A DNA stretch of 63,870 nt, the filler included, from Halocafeteria seosinensis (Eukaryota), in NCBI GenBank assembly GCA_001687465.1. It is 8 parts of 8 records of this genome, joined end to end, with 100 filler letters (N's around TTAATTAATTAA, not from the genome) between each part and the next. Parts side by side here need not be neighbours in the genome. Positions count along the whole stretch, not along the records: positions 1 to 5,602 come from LVLI01000012.1; positions 5,703 to 9,498 come from LVLI01000016.1; positions 9,599 to 37,326 come from LVLI01000017.1; 5 more parts are not named here. One strand, 5' to 3'. Positions within the stretch are counted from its first letter, which is position 1, and each line of letters opens with the position of its first letter. The notes beneath the pieces were generated by a model that worked only from the letters and a program-made list of their open reading frames with translations, searched no databases and was not told the origin of the DNA. Positions 1 to 11,727 of this stretch are shown one piece after another. The translations under genes were made by a program, and so were the position numbers.

Positions 1-264
1 GAGCGGTTGTAGGCTAGACTACGCAGTGCGAATATGGAAATGAATATATGGTACATTTGTCCCTACCAGCGCGACCAGCGGGATAAAGAAAACGGTGTTG
101 AAACAGACACAGGTCGGTCTTCGTTGCTCCTTTTTTTTGCATGATTCAACAAGTAAGCGACAAAAACAACCGTGGGGGAGGAGGGCAGCTGGGTTACTTA
201 GGCAAAGAAGGAATCCAGTAGAGTAAGAAAACATGGCAAGAAGAGGAGGCGGCGATTGGTGCTA
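1..264 (+). repeat. Direct repeat copy 1 (window starts inside it)
   Basis: Identical by eye to 5203-5466 (offset 5202); identity ends after ...GATTGGTGCTA. Confidence 0.95.
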
Positions 265-319
265 GTATTCTAAGGACGCTGATATCAACGTAATTTTTGG
301 GAGCACTCGTGAAGGTGGT

Positions 320-3196
320 ATGGGAATTAAGAGTCCGAAGATACAGTCAATGGTGACCCTTATCGAATCAGTCTTAATGCACGTCCAGGAAGGCTCGGAC
401 AGTGACGACGACGATGATGATGATGATCACTACGACGACTCTAAAGCAACAGGAACTTTATATGGTCCTGTTCCAAATGATTTTACTACCAAGTTTCTCC
501 TTCACCAAGCCCAATACATGGAAACTACCATTCCCAAACGCGTCCCATTCGAATCCGACCATCCCCAAGTTTTGACACATGAGCTCACACTCCGTCGGCG
601 TGCTCTCCCTGTGATTCCAAATGGCAAGCGAATGGATGACTTGAATTTGCTGCGACGGACCGCAATTGATACTGTTACATGTATGAACGGAATTGATACC
701 GATCGCCAGGTCAACGACAGCGACAACGACCTCCAGAACCCAGATACCGACGACGAAATTGAAGATGATGTTCAAGAAGCGCACCACCCCACTGAAGTAC
801 ACAACACTGAAACGGCACATGTTCAGGCTACACCGGAATCTCCAGTTGCCACTGTTACTCATTTCCAAACACGACAGGCCGTCCGACGGCGTCAAATCTG
901 TCTGTCCAAATTCATCTTTGGACTGCTCCATCCATTTCGAGCGGCTCCCGATTATGATGACGACGAATGGATATACAAAGGAAGTGCCCTGGTAGAAACC
1001 CCCGACTCGTTTGCTCGCTATGTCTTACAAAATCTGCAAGATCACCACGACACCAAGCGGAATCAGCAGGAGGACGCACGACGCCAGAAAACGCAAGAAC
1101 ACCAACTTGCACAACCCAGGACGCTACGCCAACAAGGCATTCCGGCCGAGGGAGAAGGCGACATGCCAGACGAATTGCGTACCCTGGTTTGGCAAGAGAC
1201 ACAAAGACTTGAACTTGCTTCCCTCGCCTTACATACCGCTTCTTCCGATGAGCATTTGTATCGTCCTACACACGTAGACACTTCCAGCAGCGCCAGCTCT
1301 CCCTACCATTCCATTTTTAATGGGCATTCCTTCATTGCCAGCTGGACCAAAGCTCAAAAATGTATGCAAATTTCAGACAATTCAGACCAATCGCTTCCGA
1401 ACAACAACGACGTGCCAGCTCCTCCTTATCCTCACAACCCAGCGTTCCTCGCAGTGCAGGCAGTTCTTGAAAACGTTCACAATCCTACCACATTTACTAA
1501 CACCAACATGGAAGATCCAGAGCAACTGATCGCGCACCCGTATCCCACAATACAATCTATCGTCGACGCCTTCAACTTCAACAAAGAGCAAAGTGCAGCG
1601 TTTCAACTCATGACCCTAGCTGTCTTACTGCCACTCATTCGAAACAGCATAACAACGTTCACACCTGGAATCCAGTTGGAGCTTGCAAATCGAGCCCTTG
1701 AACGGGCGGCAACCTTTATGACGTCTCGAAACGACTCTGAAGGAGCAACCGACGGTACATGCGGCCTTCGTGTGCTCATCCATGGCGCAGGAGGTACTGG
1801 AAAATCCTATTTGATACGTGCACTGCAGTGCTTTGCCTCGCGATGGAGATTAAGCGAAACCCTACGTATTACTGCTACAACCGGCTCTGCGGCGGTACTA
1901 ATCGGCGGTTGTACATACCATAGTCTTCTTGCGTTACGCCCACACGACACTGGCCAAGATTATGACTCCACTGTATCCAGCTCAAGTGCAAACAGCGAAG
2001 CGCGAAACCTACTTTTCCAAGCCCTCAGCTGCATACTTATCGATGAGATGTCGATGCTGGGACAAACAGGGCTCGCACGGATAGACGCGCGCCTGCGATA
2101 CCTACGGAACGCACCCCAGACACCATTCGGGGGCATCTCAATCATATTATTGGGAGACTTCCACCAATTGCCTGCAGTAAAGGATAAAGCCCTCTACAGC
2201 CCCGGGCCCGAAGAGCACCGTTTTCAACCATTCCTTCAAGTAGCTGTTTCTTTGGAAACAAATATCCGCGCCCGCGGATGTGCCATTCTGGGACAGGTTG
2301 CAACGGCAATGCGGAACAACACCGACACTCAGCTGATTGTTCAACACCTAAACGAACGTGTCTGTCCGCTTCCGGAAACCACACAATATGTGATGACAGC
2401 CGTGAGGAGCCATGTAGAACGCCGAACTATCTTACATGCACACTATCGGCAAGCCGCAGCCTTGGCGGACGCCGGATTACATCCAACTGTATACGCCTTC
2501 AAAGCAGACTTCAAACCCAGCGAGGGAGCGGCAATGTCGCAAGAAACATGGACTCAACATCTTCGACACTGGGAAAATACTCCAGACGAAGGATTAAAAT
2601 ACAGACCACCAACATTGTACTGCTGGATCTCAATGCGCATCATCATCGTTCACAACGTGGCTGTGCACCTGGGCGTTGCCAATGGAACTTTAGCTGAAAT
2701 CGTGGGCTTTGTCTGGGAGTCGGACAGCCCCTCGGAGCCGAACGAGAAACCGTTGGCGATTCTCGTTCGTCTCTTACAACCACCTTCTCGTAAACTTCGG
2801 GCAAACATCATCTTGGAAGGCCTTCCAGATGATGTTTACCCCATCTTTGCAGTGCAGATAACCGTCAAAAAGCAATTTCAAGGCAATGTCATCTTTAAGG
2901 CGAAAATGACGCAATTCCCATGCGTGTGCTGTGACGCACTCACCATCCACAGGTTCCAAGGTCACACCATCGACCACCTCCTTCACATTCGCACACTGAC
3001 AGGACTCCGCCAAGCAGAAGCTTACACTGCTATCACACGCGTACGGCGAATCACAGATTTGCATTTTTCGGAACCCATCAGACCAAGGACCTGTCGCAAT
3101 TGGAATTCCTCTACGCGGCTCCAAGTCGTCTTAGCGACAATCCGTGAAACCAGCCGTGCCATCATTACCTTCTTCGAGAGCCTTGCAGACGATTAA
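320..3196 (+). mobile_element. Helitron/Helentron-type Pif1 (SF1B) helicase ORF lacking an N-terminal HUH Rep domain
   Basis: Walker A HGAGGTGKS, ATTGSAA..IGG.TYHS, Walker B LIDEMSM, PFGG..IILLGDFHQLPAV, ANGT, ALTIHRFQGHT, AYTAITRV; upstream HPQ..TH..LPVIP.G and LLHPFR motifs resemble the Helitron Rep-Hel linker. Confidence 0.8.
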
Positions 3197-3473
3197 CCAC
3201 AGCCCTTCCCTCACATTACCCTTACCACCATCTGCATTTCGCGTCGTTTCGCAATTGTAGGCCCACACTTCCTATCTGCAGCACTTTCACTTGAACTTCA
3301 AGAATTACATGTCAAGTTGAACACAAACACGACTCTGCAGGCGGGATATCTCCACTTCAACAGTACACTATATACAAATTCAATGTCATTGGATTGGTTG
3401 TTTCGGTTGGTTTGAACCAACGGCGAGACACTTTCATTGTCTTCATTATTTATACCCTTATTTGAAGCCCAGA

Positions 3474-4600
3474 ATGTCAAAACGTAGCGCCGAGGTCCAA
3501 TTACAAGAACTACCAGCCAAACGCGGCACTACAACTGGAGGAAGCAAAACTCCTCCTGAGAAACAGGCTCTAGCAGACGACAGAAACGGTACGTGCCCAT
3601 CACTATTCAAAAGTTCAACGTTCTTACGTTCCGCTTTACCAGCTACATGCAAAACACCCTATTCGCATACTCCGCAGTCATTTCCGTAAACGACACAAAC
3701 CCGACCACCCTTAACTGCACTCTCAAACCTAATTTAACCGGATCCCCAGCACGTAATCCTCCTAAGCACCAGTCTCAATTGTACACCCACACGAAAAGTA
3801 TGTGCTCATTGTAACTTGACGTCAGGGCGTGTACCTCGACTGCAACCGGCTTCTGTGGATATTTTCCCGCAGTCTTCTCAGCCCGGTTGGTAAAACCAGA
3901 TGACAAAGATTGGAGCCTAAAAATTAAATTTCTAAGCTTCATCAGCCTAAAGGAGAACTACGTTGCAATGGAGTTCGCCGATATTACCGGATCCGTCAAA
4001 GTCATCGCCTTCAACGAGTTGAAGCACGGCGTGCTTTCCGCCGTCACTATAGGCAACTCCTATCTGCTTCGCGGAGCAGAATTACGCCCAGCACTCCCGC
4101 AATTCAACAAGTGCGATAACGATTTCGAACTCGTTCTAAACAGCCTCCAAAACATCACTGAACTTGATGAAGACGTGCCCGCCCGTCCACCCACTTTGAG
4201 ATTTGTGAAGTCCGCCGCCGTCGATGACAGTGTGCGCGTTCTGGACTACATCGGCATTCTCACCGCGATGACCGAGCTCAAATCATCTACGAAGAAGCAA
4301 TCATTTCGAAGTCTCTATATGAAAGACACCAAGAAGGGTGTCATCACGGTAAGGGGAACTTACCATCCACTGTACTTCTCATCTATTCTGCTCCTACTGA
4401 TCCCTTCTGCGCAGGTTACGCTTTGGGGCGAACACAACCTCAACGAAGGACACGTCCATGAGAACCCCGTCCTCGCCTTCCCTGGTGCGAAAGTCTGGAA
4501 ACGAACACCTCTGTGCCTCCGCGCGAATCAAGTCCTCATTGCTCCCAATTTCCCTGAAGCAATTGAGCTCCAAAACTTGAAGCTCGAACTAACCATCTAG
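3474..4600 (+). CDS. RPA70-like ssDNA-binding protein (two OB folds), spliced, element-borne
   Basis: 3887-4600 has DBD-A/B-like motifs (FADITGSVKVIAFN, PQFNKCDNDFEL, DYIGI, VTLWGE, NPVLAFPGAKV, PNFPEAIEL); in-frame intron 4349-4414; first exon from ATG 3474 to GTACGT at ~3589 is inferred. Confidence 0.7.
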
Positions 4601-5202
4601 TGAACATGTCACATAGATACAACCTCACGAAAGGACACCGGAGCTGCACCGGATGTGTGTGGTGTAGTAATAACAACTATATGCAACGTCTATATTATTA
4701 ATCCTCTAGAGTTCAAACACTTCCCAAACATCTACCAACTGGAAAATCAAATCGTTCTGTTACTTCGACAGATCCCGCTGCAACGTGTCTGTAGTCGCGT
4801 AGCGTCACTGATCAAACCCACTTCCCCAGCAAATTCTAGCAACGAACCCTTCATCGGGACCCCCTTCACGCGCCCCCGCGGGAAGGTACGTCATTTACCG
4901 AGCTATTCCCGATGAAACCAACAGGTTGAAGAGGGTCCTACCAGGAATTCGTGGTGGTGGTGGTCAAAAAAAAAAAGATTGTCCGGTTACCCAACAAACT
5001 ACAAAAAACATGGCAAGAGGAACACGTAGGGGGCAAGGGGAGGCCCGGCAAAATAAGGATGTTAACAAACAAACAACAAAAAACATGGCATGGGGAGAAG
5101 CAAGGGGAGGAGGGCATTGGAATTTTGGCGGCACTTAACAACGCGAAAAAAGCAAACCAGGAGAGCAAGAAGGATTGCCAGGCTAGCTTACCATCCGCCA
5201 TG

Positions 5203-5466
5203 GAGCGGTTGTAGGCTAGACTACGCAGTGCGAATATGGAAATGAATATATGGTACATTTGTCCCTACCAGCGCGACCAGCGGGATAAAGAAAACGGTGT
5301 TGAAACAGACACAGGTCGGTCTTCGTTGCTCCTTTTTTTTGCATGATTCAACAAGTAAGCGACAAAAACAACCGTGGGGGAGGAGGGCAGCTGGGTTACT
5401 TAGGCAAAGAAGGAATCCAGTAGAGTAAGAAAACATGGCAAGAAGAGGAGGCGGCGATTGGTGCTA
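5203..5466 (+). repeat. Direct repeat copy 2, within a purine-rich region (4926-5510) with recurring AAAAACATGGCA
   Basis: Matches 1-264. Confidence 0.95.
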
Positions 5467-5602
5467 CTTATGCCAAATTGAGGATGTCAACAAGCACACG
5501 ACAACATGGGGACACACATACATATGTGACAGATAGCATCGGAAGAGGAGCCATGCCTGCGCCCACGATGTCAGGGGTACCGTCAAGGCTCAGTTTGGCA
5601 GA

Positions 5603-5702
5603 NNNNNNNNNNNNNNNNNNNNNNNNNNNNNNNNNNNNNNNNNNNNTTAATTAATTAANNNNNNNNNNNNNNNNNNNNNNNNNNNNNNNNNNNNNNNNNN
5701 NN
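5603..5702. other. Assembly spacer N44-TTAATTAATTAA-N44 (also 9499-9598, 37327-37426, 52422-52521, 55029-55128, 60548-60647, 62708-62807)
   Basis: Identical six-frame-stop linker inside N runs, seven times. Confidence 0.98.
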
Positions 5703-6320
5703 GGATAGCTGGGAGGGGTCATATGTTTGCCGCTGCATTCATCGTGCGCGCGAAGTTTGCATGATTTCTGGCACTGTGTGGACGGAGAGTCTGTATAAGG
5801 TGGTATCGNGAGTCTGGACGCTTGTTGTGATGTCACTCCTCGACGCCTGAGAGACACAGCTTAAGTTAGTTTTCGATTTCCTTACCCGGAAAACAGTGAT
5901 GATACGGCCGCATTGTATGCAGCGTTTAAAAGGAACTGAACCCTTGGTTGAACAAATCCCTGCAACCTTACACTTCCATTATCATTTAGAATAAGAGTTG
6001 TGATACTATGTGTCGAGAAAGCGAGCCTGAGTGAAAGTTCCTACGGCAAGATGTTCAGTGGATTCAGCACCTTTATTAAGGCAAAGAAGAGATAGGCAGC
6101 GCAACACAGAGTTTTGAATATGAGCCACTAAATCTTCGAATGTTAACCGGGTATATTTGTCGCTAGAGGGTGTGAAAATCGGGACCCATTCGCGAAAGCA
6201 GTACAGCACCTTGGCTACATTACTTCAACGCAGCAACTGTGATGTGAATCACTTTAAATGCTTTTGCTTTATCAAATATACACTACGTAGACGTATGTAT
6301 GGTACCTGCTTATAACGAGG

Positions 6321-9127
6321 TTATTCGCATTTTCTCTTGAATGACTTTTTCTTTTCGGCCTCAGCTCTTAGAGTTGTCAGAGCTTGTTCAGCTTTAAGAT
6401 ACTCTTTTAAGGACAAGCCGTCTGTGTAAGAATCCCAAAATTCTTCAAAGGCAGATCCTAGATCTTCAATTAGGTTCTTCGCCGGCTCCCAAGTAGAATC
6501 TGAATGACCCTCCCACTTGACCCTTACGCGGAGAGTCTTGCGGTCGAAATCCACGAATCGGTCTCTGTCCCACTTACTATCAATATCTTTAGATTGCGAG
6601 CGGCTTCTTTTCTTCTTTGATACGTTGTTCGCAGTGGCGGATTTCCGATTATTCGAGTTCGTTTCAGATTTTTCAACTGGCCCATCCCGTGATGGTTTCG
6701 CAGAAGTTGGCACATGTGGCTTTGAGTTCTCATAGTATCCGATCCGACGAATGGCAGAGTTTTTGTTTTTCTTCTTTTCTGGGAACATCTTGTGGGCAGT
6801 GGATTCGTACTGGTCGAGTAAATGCAGCGCATTGTGGTAAACATGCTGAAATTTCTCCTTTGAATATACTATGTCACGTTGCCGCGGTAGCAGCACGTTT
6901 TCAAGGAGCCATTTGCGTGCTTTTTGGGCAGTCTTCCCATGCTGAAGTGCCTCCCGTTCTTTTATTGCGATTGTAGCTTCTCTTGAAGTCATTTCAAGAG
7001 TATCAGCATCTGAATCCGAATCGCAGTCGGGAGCCTCAGCGTCAACATTCTCTTCATCATCGTCATCCTCCGGTTCAGGTAAACGTTTGTCCTCGTTAAG
7101 GATCTCCTTCAGCCCCAGAAGTTCATCATCAAGCGCTACTACGTCATACTCAGAAGTGTGTGTCTCAGGTGGAAACAACTCGTCGAGTGTGCAAAAAGGG
7201 CCACTCACCGTTCGGAAACTCCTTTCAAGAAACGGAAGTACGGACTCTTTTGCTCGGAAAACCTTCGCAGCACTCAGAACGTGTGGGCACGGGCTGGCAA
7301 ATAAGTTAATGTAATGGCAACTCATGCACACCAGTTTGCCACTCGGAATTTCCTTAACAATTGATGCTACATTGTCCTTACTCCCTTGACGTTGTACATG
7401 GAACAACCCGCCGGACTCTTTTGAAGTGTACCGACTGGCAGACTGAAAAGACTGGATCAACGTCTTCAGACATAAGTGCGTCAACTGATCAGGGATGTCT
7501 TTCCACATAATTGGAGTGGAGACATCGGATAAGGAACGCAGAAGTTGGCGCCGATTTTCCAAGCACTGGCCCGTCTTCGGTGTCACAACTGGTGGAACCT
7601 GCATTACATCGGGATTGATAATAGTATCATCAANAGTAGCACAGGCAATGTATATGACTCGTAGAGTTGATTTCGCCGAGCACACCCCATTATGCTTTAC
7701 TTTGAAGTTGGCCGACTCAGTGATACTGTTGGCAAAAGATCGCCCCAAGAAGACGCGTCTTGGGGAGTCTTTCAAACTCCAGTACTTCCGGTTTTGCCTG
7801 TAGTATTTTAAGAACGGTTTGAGGGTTGTACTCGGCAAATTTTTCTCGCATAGCCTTTGCAGTTCTTCCCAAGCGGCATCATTGCTACATGAATCTATGA
7901 TTGTCATGGATCTCCATAAGAGGACTTTGGCTCTCTTCATGTCGGTCTTGTTCTTAAACTTTTGCAACTTCTGTCTCCATCTCTTAAAGATATAGAATCC
8001 ACACCCTTTATGGATAGATTTCTTCCAGACGTTTCTGACTGCTTTTCTAAATCCACTAGAATCATCCGTAAATAGCGTCGAAAAGAGAGTTAACGAACTC
8101 GAGAATACTGGTTGCTACGTCCGAAGCTTCCCCGTAAGTCAATGCCTGGGCGATGACGGCGATACCTCCTTCACGATACGGTGTTACAAATTGGTATAAA
8201 TTCCCCAGTGGTTCGTCGGGCGGCCTAGAACAGGTATATTGTGCGTTCCATCAAAGTGGAACGGGTCACAGTACTCCGCAACGTTTTGTTGCATTTTGGG
8301 CGAGCTCCAACATATACATTTCTCGGTTATTTTGAAACGACACTTGTTCTTCTCAAAAACTGAGGTAACCATCTCTTTTTCATTCTCCGATGCAAACAGA
8401 GTCTCTAAACTTCTTTATAATTGTTTTTTGATTCTGGGTGTGAAAGAAGGCGCCCCGTCGGTGATTGCTGATGCTTTCGACGCAGATAATCCCGGGATGG
8501 AAAGAAGCGCCGTTTCGGTGGCCATGTTACACCTGATGCTTTTCGAATCAGATTGCCATTCGGCTTGGTTATCATGGTTTCCGTGGATGAACGCACTGGA
8601 GTCCGTACCGACACTGCATTTGTAAAGTCCGTCGCTGGGCTCAAAGATAAAAGAGACTTGGAAACGGCATATATCTGCATGCTCCTGGGACGAGGCTCAC
8701 CGTTTTCTTTTGTTCTTCGTGCAATACAATTGTACAACCAACGCGCCGGACCGGACCTGCTGGGCATAACTCCTCCACTGTTGTATGTTCGATGTCCATA
8801 CAGACGCAAAATGAGTTGGAGAAGAACCGTTTTTCTTCGCAAGTCATCTGCTGAGGTGACTGATCCTAATGATTGGTCGGTAAATTGTGCCAACGAGTCC
8901 CGATCTGGTTTTTCAGGACGTTCCCGACAACAAGATTTGAACCATTCCCTTTCCTCCTCTTTGATGGCGGAATGAAACTTTTTCGCCAGGCTTCGAGGCA
9001 TACGGAGAATTTCATCGAAGCTCTGAGGGGATTCTGTTTCAGCCTTTATCATAGTCTGCACAAAAAAGAAGATTATGGCTCCACATGAATGAAGTACAGC
9101 TCGAAGATAGTTGTCGTTAGAGCACAC
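6321..9127 (-). mobile_element. Mutator-like (MULE) transposase with SWIM finger and C-terminal chromodomain; frameshifted
   Basis: DDE-type motifs PFHFDGTHN, FTDDSSGFRKAVRNVW..C, FANSITESAN; SWIM CMSC..ASPCPH; chromo VRVKWEGHSDSTWEPAKNL; coding split over several frames. Confidence 0.85.
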
Positions 9128-9362
9128 ACATTGAACTGGCTGCTCCCCTCTGATGACGCTTTCCCACTCATTGTAAACTAAACTCTGGTATTCTAGTGAC
9201 TCTGAAGGATGATAATGGAAGTGTAGTGTCGCAAGATTTATCGCAAACCCTCGAATATCGCTGTATATAAGGCTAGTAAATTTTGGAAGCGTTCAGGTTG
9301 AAGTTGAAGTGCGTGTCAGGACATTTTTGAACTTGTTACATTTACGATCTTTGGTGTGTGTA

Positions 9363-9498
9363 TTCAACTTCAACTATAGTAAGTACCCGTTAGCCGAGGC
9401 TACGCCTCCCATCATACGCCGTATTGGGCATTACTAAATGCAACCACTTGCGCAGCATTCTGCAGTTGCTCCGCTGCACCGAACAGCTTAGGCGCAGT
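9363..9498 (-). mobile_element. 3' end of RLE-type (CRE-like) non-LTR retrotransposon, cut by gap
   Basis: Minus strand reads LSCSVQRSNCRML...LG*, resembling the S..xQRxNxxM C-terminal motif, then CTATAGTTGAAGTTGAA and TACACACAC; near-identical to 33474-33597. Confidence 0.65.
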
Positions 9499-9598
9499 NN
9501 NNNNNNNNNNNNNNNNNNNNNNNNNNNNNNNNNNNNNNNNNNTTAATTAATTAANNNNNNNNNNNNNNNNNNNNNNNNNNNNNNNNNNNNNNNNNNNN

Positions 9599-10212
9599 GC
9601 CTTGTGATGATGAGGCCATATTGGCATCGCTATCTGAATTCTCTGGAAGGCCTAATGATAGTCATTGCCTCCGCTAACTGCTACGCAGGGGTGTTGCTTT
9701 TCCCCTTTTCTGACAGCGAGAACTTGTTGGTTTCAATTTCGAAAAAAGCCATTGAGGCGATTCTTGTGTCGTTGCAGTTGTTGCTCGTTCTGGCGTTTCT
9801 CCTCATTGGGTTCTCCTTGATTCCGGGAGCTGTTGAGAAGGTTAAACGGGCTGCTGCAAGAAGACTACAGAAGTTGAGAGTGAAAGTGAGGAACTGTAAG
9901 GGGAAGAATGTGCGAAGGCATATTATTCGGAAGAGTGTTACTACTCGATACACTGAGGGTGAAGAAGTGTCTGTGGGCGCAATGAATCCTCTTGCTAAAC
10001 CCAATCGCGATAGAGTACTAAGAAGAAACAGGAGGCGTTTGCCTAGTATGGCAAGCAAGACACACGCACATTCTTCACGCTCCGTCGGCAAGTCTGCTCA
10101 CGAGTTGGGCTTCAAAAGGCCAAGCTATAGTCGAGTAGATATTGACCCTACTACGGTGGGGTCCCGTAACAGGAGAAGGTCTAGGGTGGTTGCTACAGGT
10201 ACTCCGAGGTAG
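9599..10212 (+). CDS. 3' part of a paralog of the 11728-17595 multi-TM receptor-like gene
   Basis: Near-identical to ~16991-17265 over the last TM helices, then diverged cytoplasmic tail; 5' lost in gap. Confidence 0.85.
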
Positions 10213-10309
10213 GGAAATGGTCGCATGATTGATTGCGTAGCCGACAGTGATATAGAGGTAGGCGTTCAGCGAGTGATGGGAGGCAGACTTTGATACCTAA
10301 TAAGTCTAC

Positions 10310-10588
10310 TTAGGGAAGTTGTCCGCAGGGGGAATTAGGTGCTCTGTCGGAGCATTCACTCTCATAATCTCGTTGTAGATTAAAGATGGTTGGTGGCAGA
10401 GATCCGGAACCAATTTTGTATGTTGACGGGGTGAAAACCGAATTGTTTGGCCCTGTTCACTGTTCACTCAAACGCCCACAAAGTGTGCGCACATATTCTG
10501 TATCTGTATCTATATGAATACATTTATTGTATCGATGACGTACCTGCTGTACCAATTGCACTGGGGTAGCATCCTTTACAGCCTGATG
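10310..10588 (-). pseudogene. 3' remnant of duplicated ependymin-related gene
   Basis: Homologous to 17713-17985 including the intron (DATPVQLVQQ ... PNSPCGQLP*); homology stops abruptly at ~10588. Confidence 0.8.
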
Positions 10589-10589
10589 A

Positions 10590-10890
10590 CGGCCAAATTG
10601 TCGGTCATGTTGATGCGCCATAACGTGAAAATGTTGGGGTGGTTTCGCGTTTTGTAGGTCCACCCGCACACGGTCGGCGTAAGGTAGCCTGTGGCCAACA
10701 CCTCTTCCGGTAGGAGCCATACTAATACACGGATGAACAAGTTGTAACTGGACTGTTGGTTGATAAGGTCCCCACATGACATAGAGAACGACAATGGGGC
10801 TGTCTCAAACCCCTCTGGCACTACCGCCTTTCCTGGCTCGCAGACAGCAACCATAAGTGTGGCTCTACCTGAACTGTCAGCCCGCGTCAT
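10590..10890 (-). pseudogene. Inverted fragment of a third receptor-like paralog (post-stalk domain)
   Basis: APLSFSMSCGDLINQQSSYNLFI matches APSFSLSCGELNNPNQPYSYNVFI in the 1955-aa protein. Confidence 0.65.
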
Positions 10891-11727
10891 CTGATTCTAT
10901 CCAACCCATGACCGGCACCTCCACTTCTACCTCCAATTTAACTCCCACTGCTAACCTTATAGCAACAGAAAATAGCACCCCTACTCGCTCTCTCACTGCT
11001 TCATCCCCCTTTCTGCAACGTCTAGCTCCTCCTCAGCCTTAACAGGGACACCAAGTGCTCCGACTTCACGAAAACCAGCCAGTCGGTATCGAAGAATTGC
11101 TCTCGCTAGCGGGCTTCGGACCTATCGCGGTTATGAAAGAAATCAGTCGGTGGAGAGAACGCTTGAAGACTGGATAGATGGGGAATACCTCTCGTGTGTG
11201 CGTGCTGGCGAATGTAGCTGATCATTTGTTTTCGTAGAATTTTTCGAAACCCCAAGAAAACACTGTACTCACTCACTCATGCAATTTTCTTCGTCTTCCA
11301 CAACAATAGTACTTATTCCCAAAGCTCACTCGATCGTCTGTTGTTTGCTCCTGTGCCCGTGGTCGGCTTGATTATGCGTTTCATTGCCCCATGACTCAGG
11401 ATCTAACAAAGGACTGAATTCCGACTTCCGGAGTTTGCGGAAATCTCGAACTTCAACAGGCATTGTAGCTCATTTTACCGACTTCCCTTCTCTTGTTTGT
11501 TGAAATGAAACGTTGCACAGTTGGTTGTCAATTGCTCACTACTTTGGTCTTGTTGATTGCCTTTACTCAATTATGTACGCGTGTGTGTCGGTCGGGCAGT
11601 ATCCTTCAGCAATAACTTCTCTAGCTAAATGTAGGTTACGCTGCCCAGCTGGCTAGGTCGGACACAATGGAAATCTCCTTTAAGTGATGTTTACCAGCAG
11701 CAGCGAATTCCCGAGAAACCTTATACC

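Noticed and set aside
19..234. Identical 71-aa ORFs at 19-234 and 5221-5436
   Set aside because: By-product of the direct repeat; no recognisable protein features.
5647..5658. Recurrent TTAATTAATTAA palindrome
   Set aside because: Always centred in 100-nt N spacers; artificial linker.
9297..9374. Inverted GTTGAAGTTGAA pair as a MULE terminal inverted repeat
   Set aside because: No matching end found downstream of the transposase; better explained as retroelement tails.
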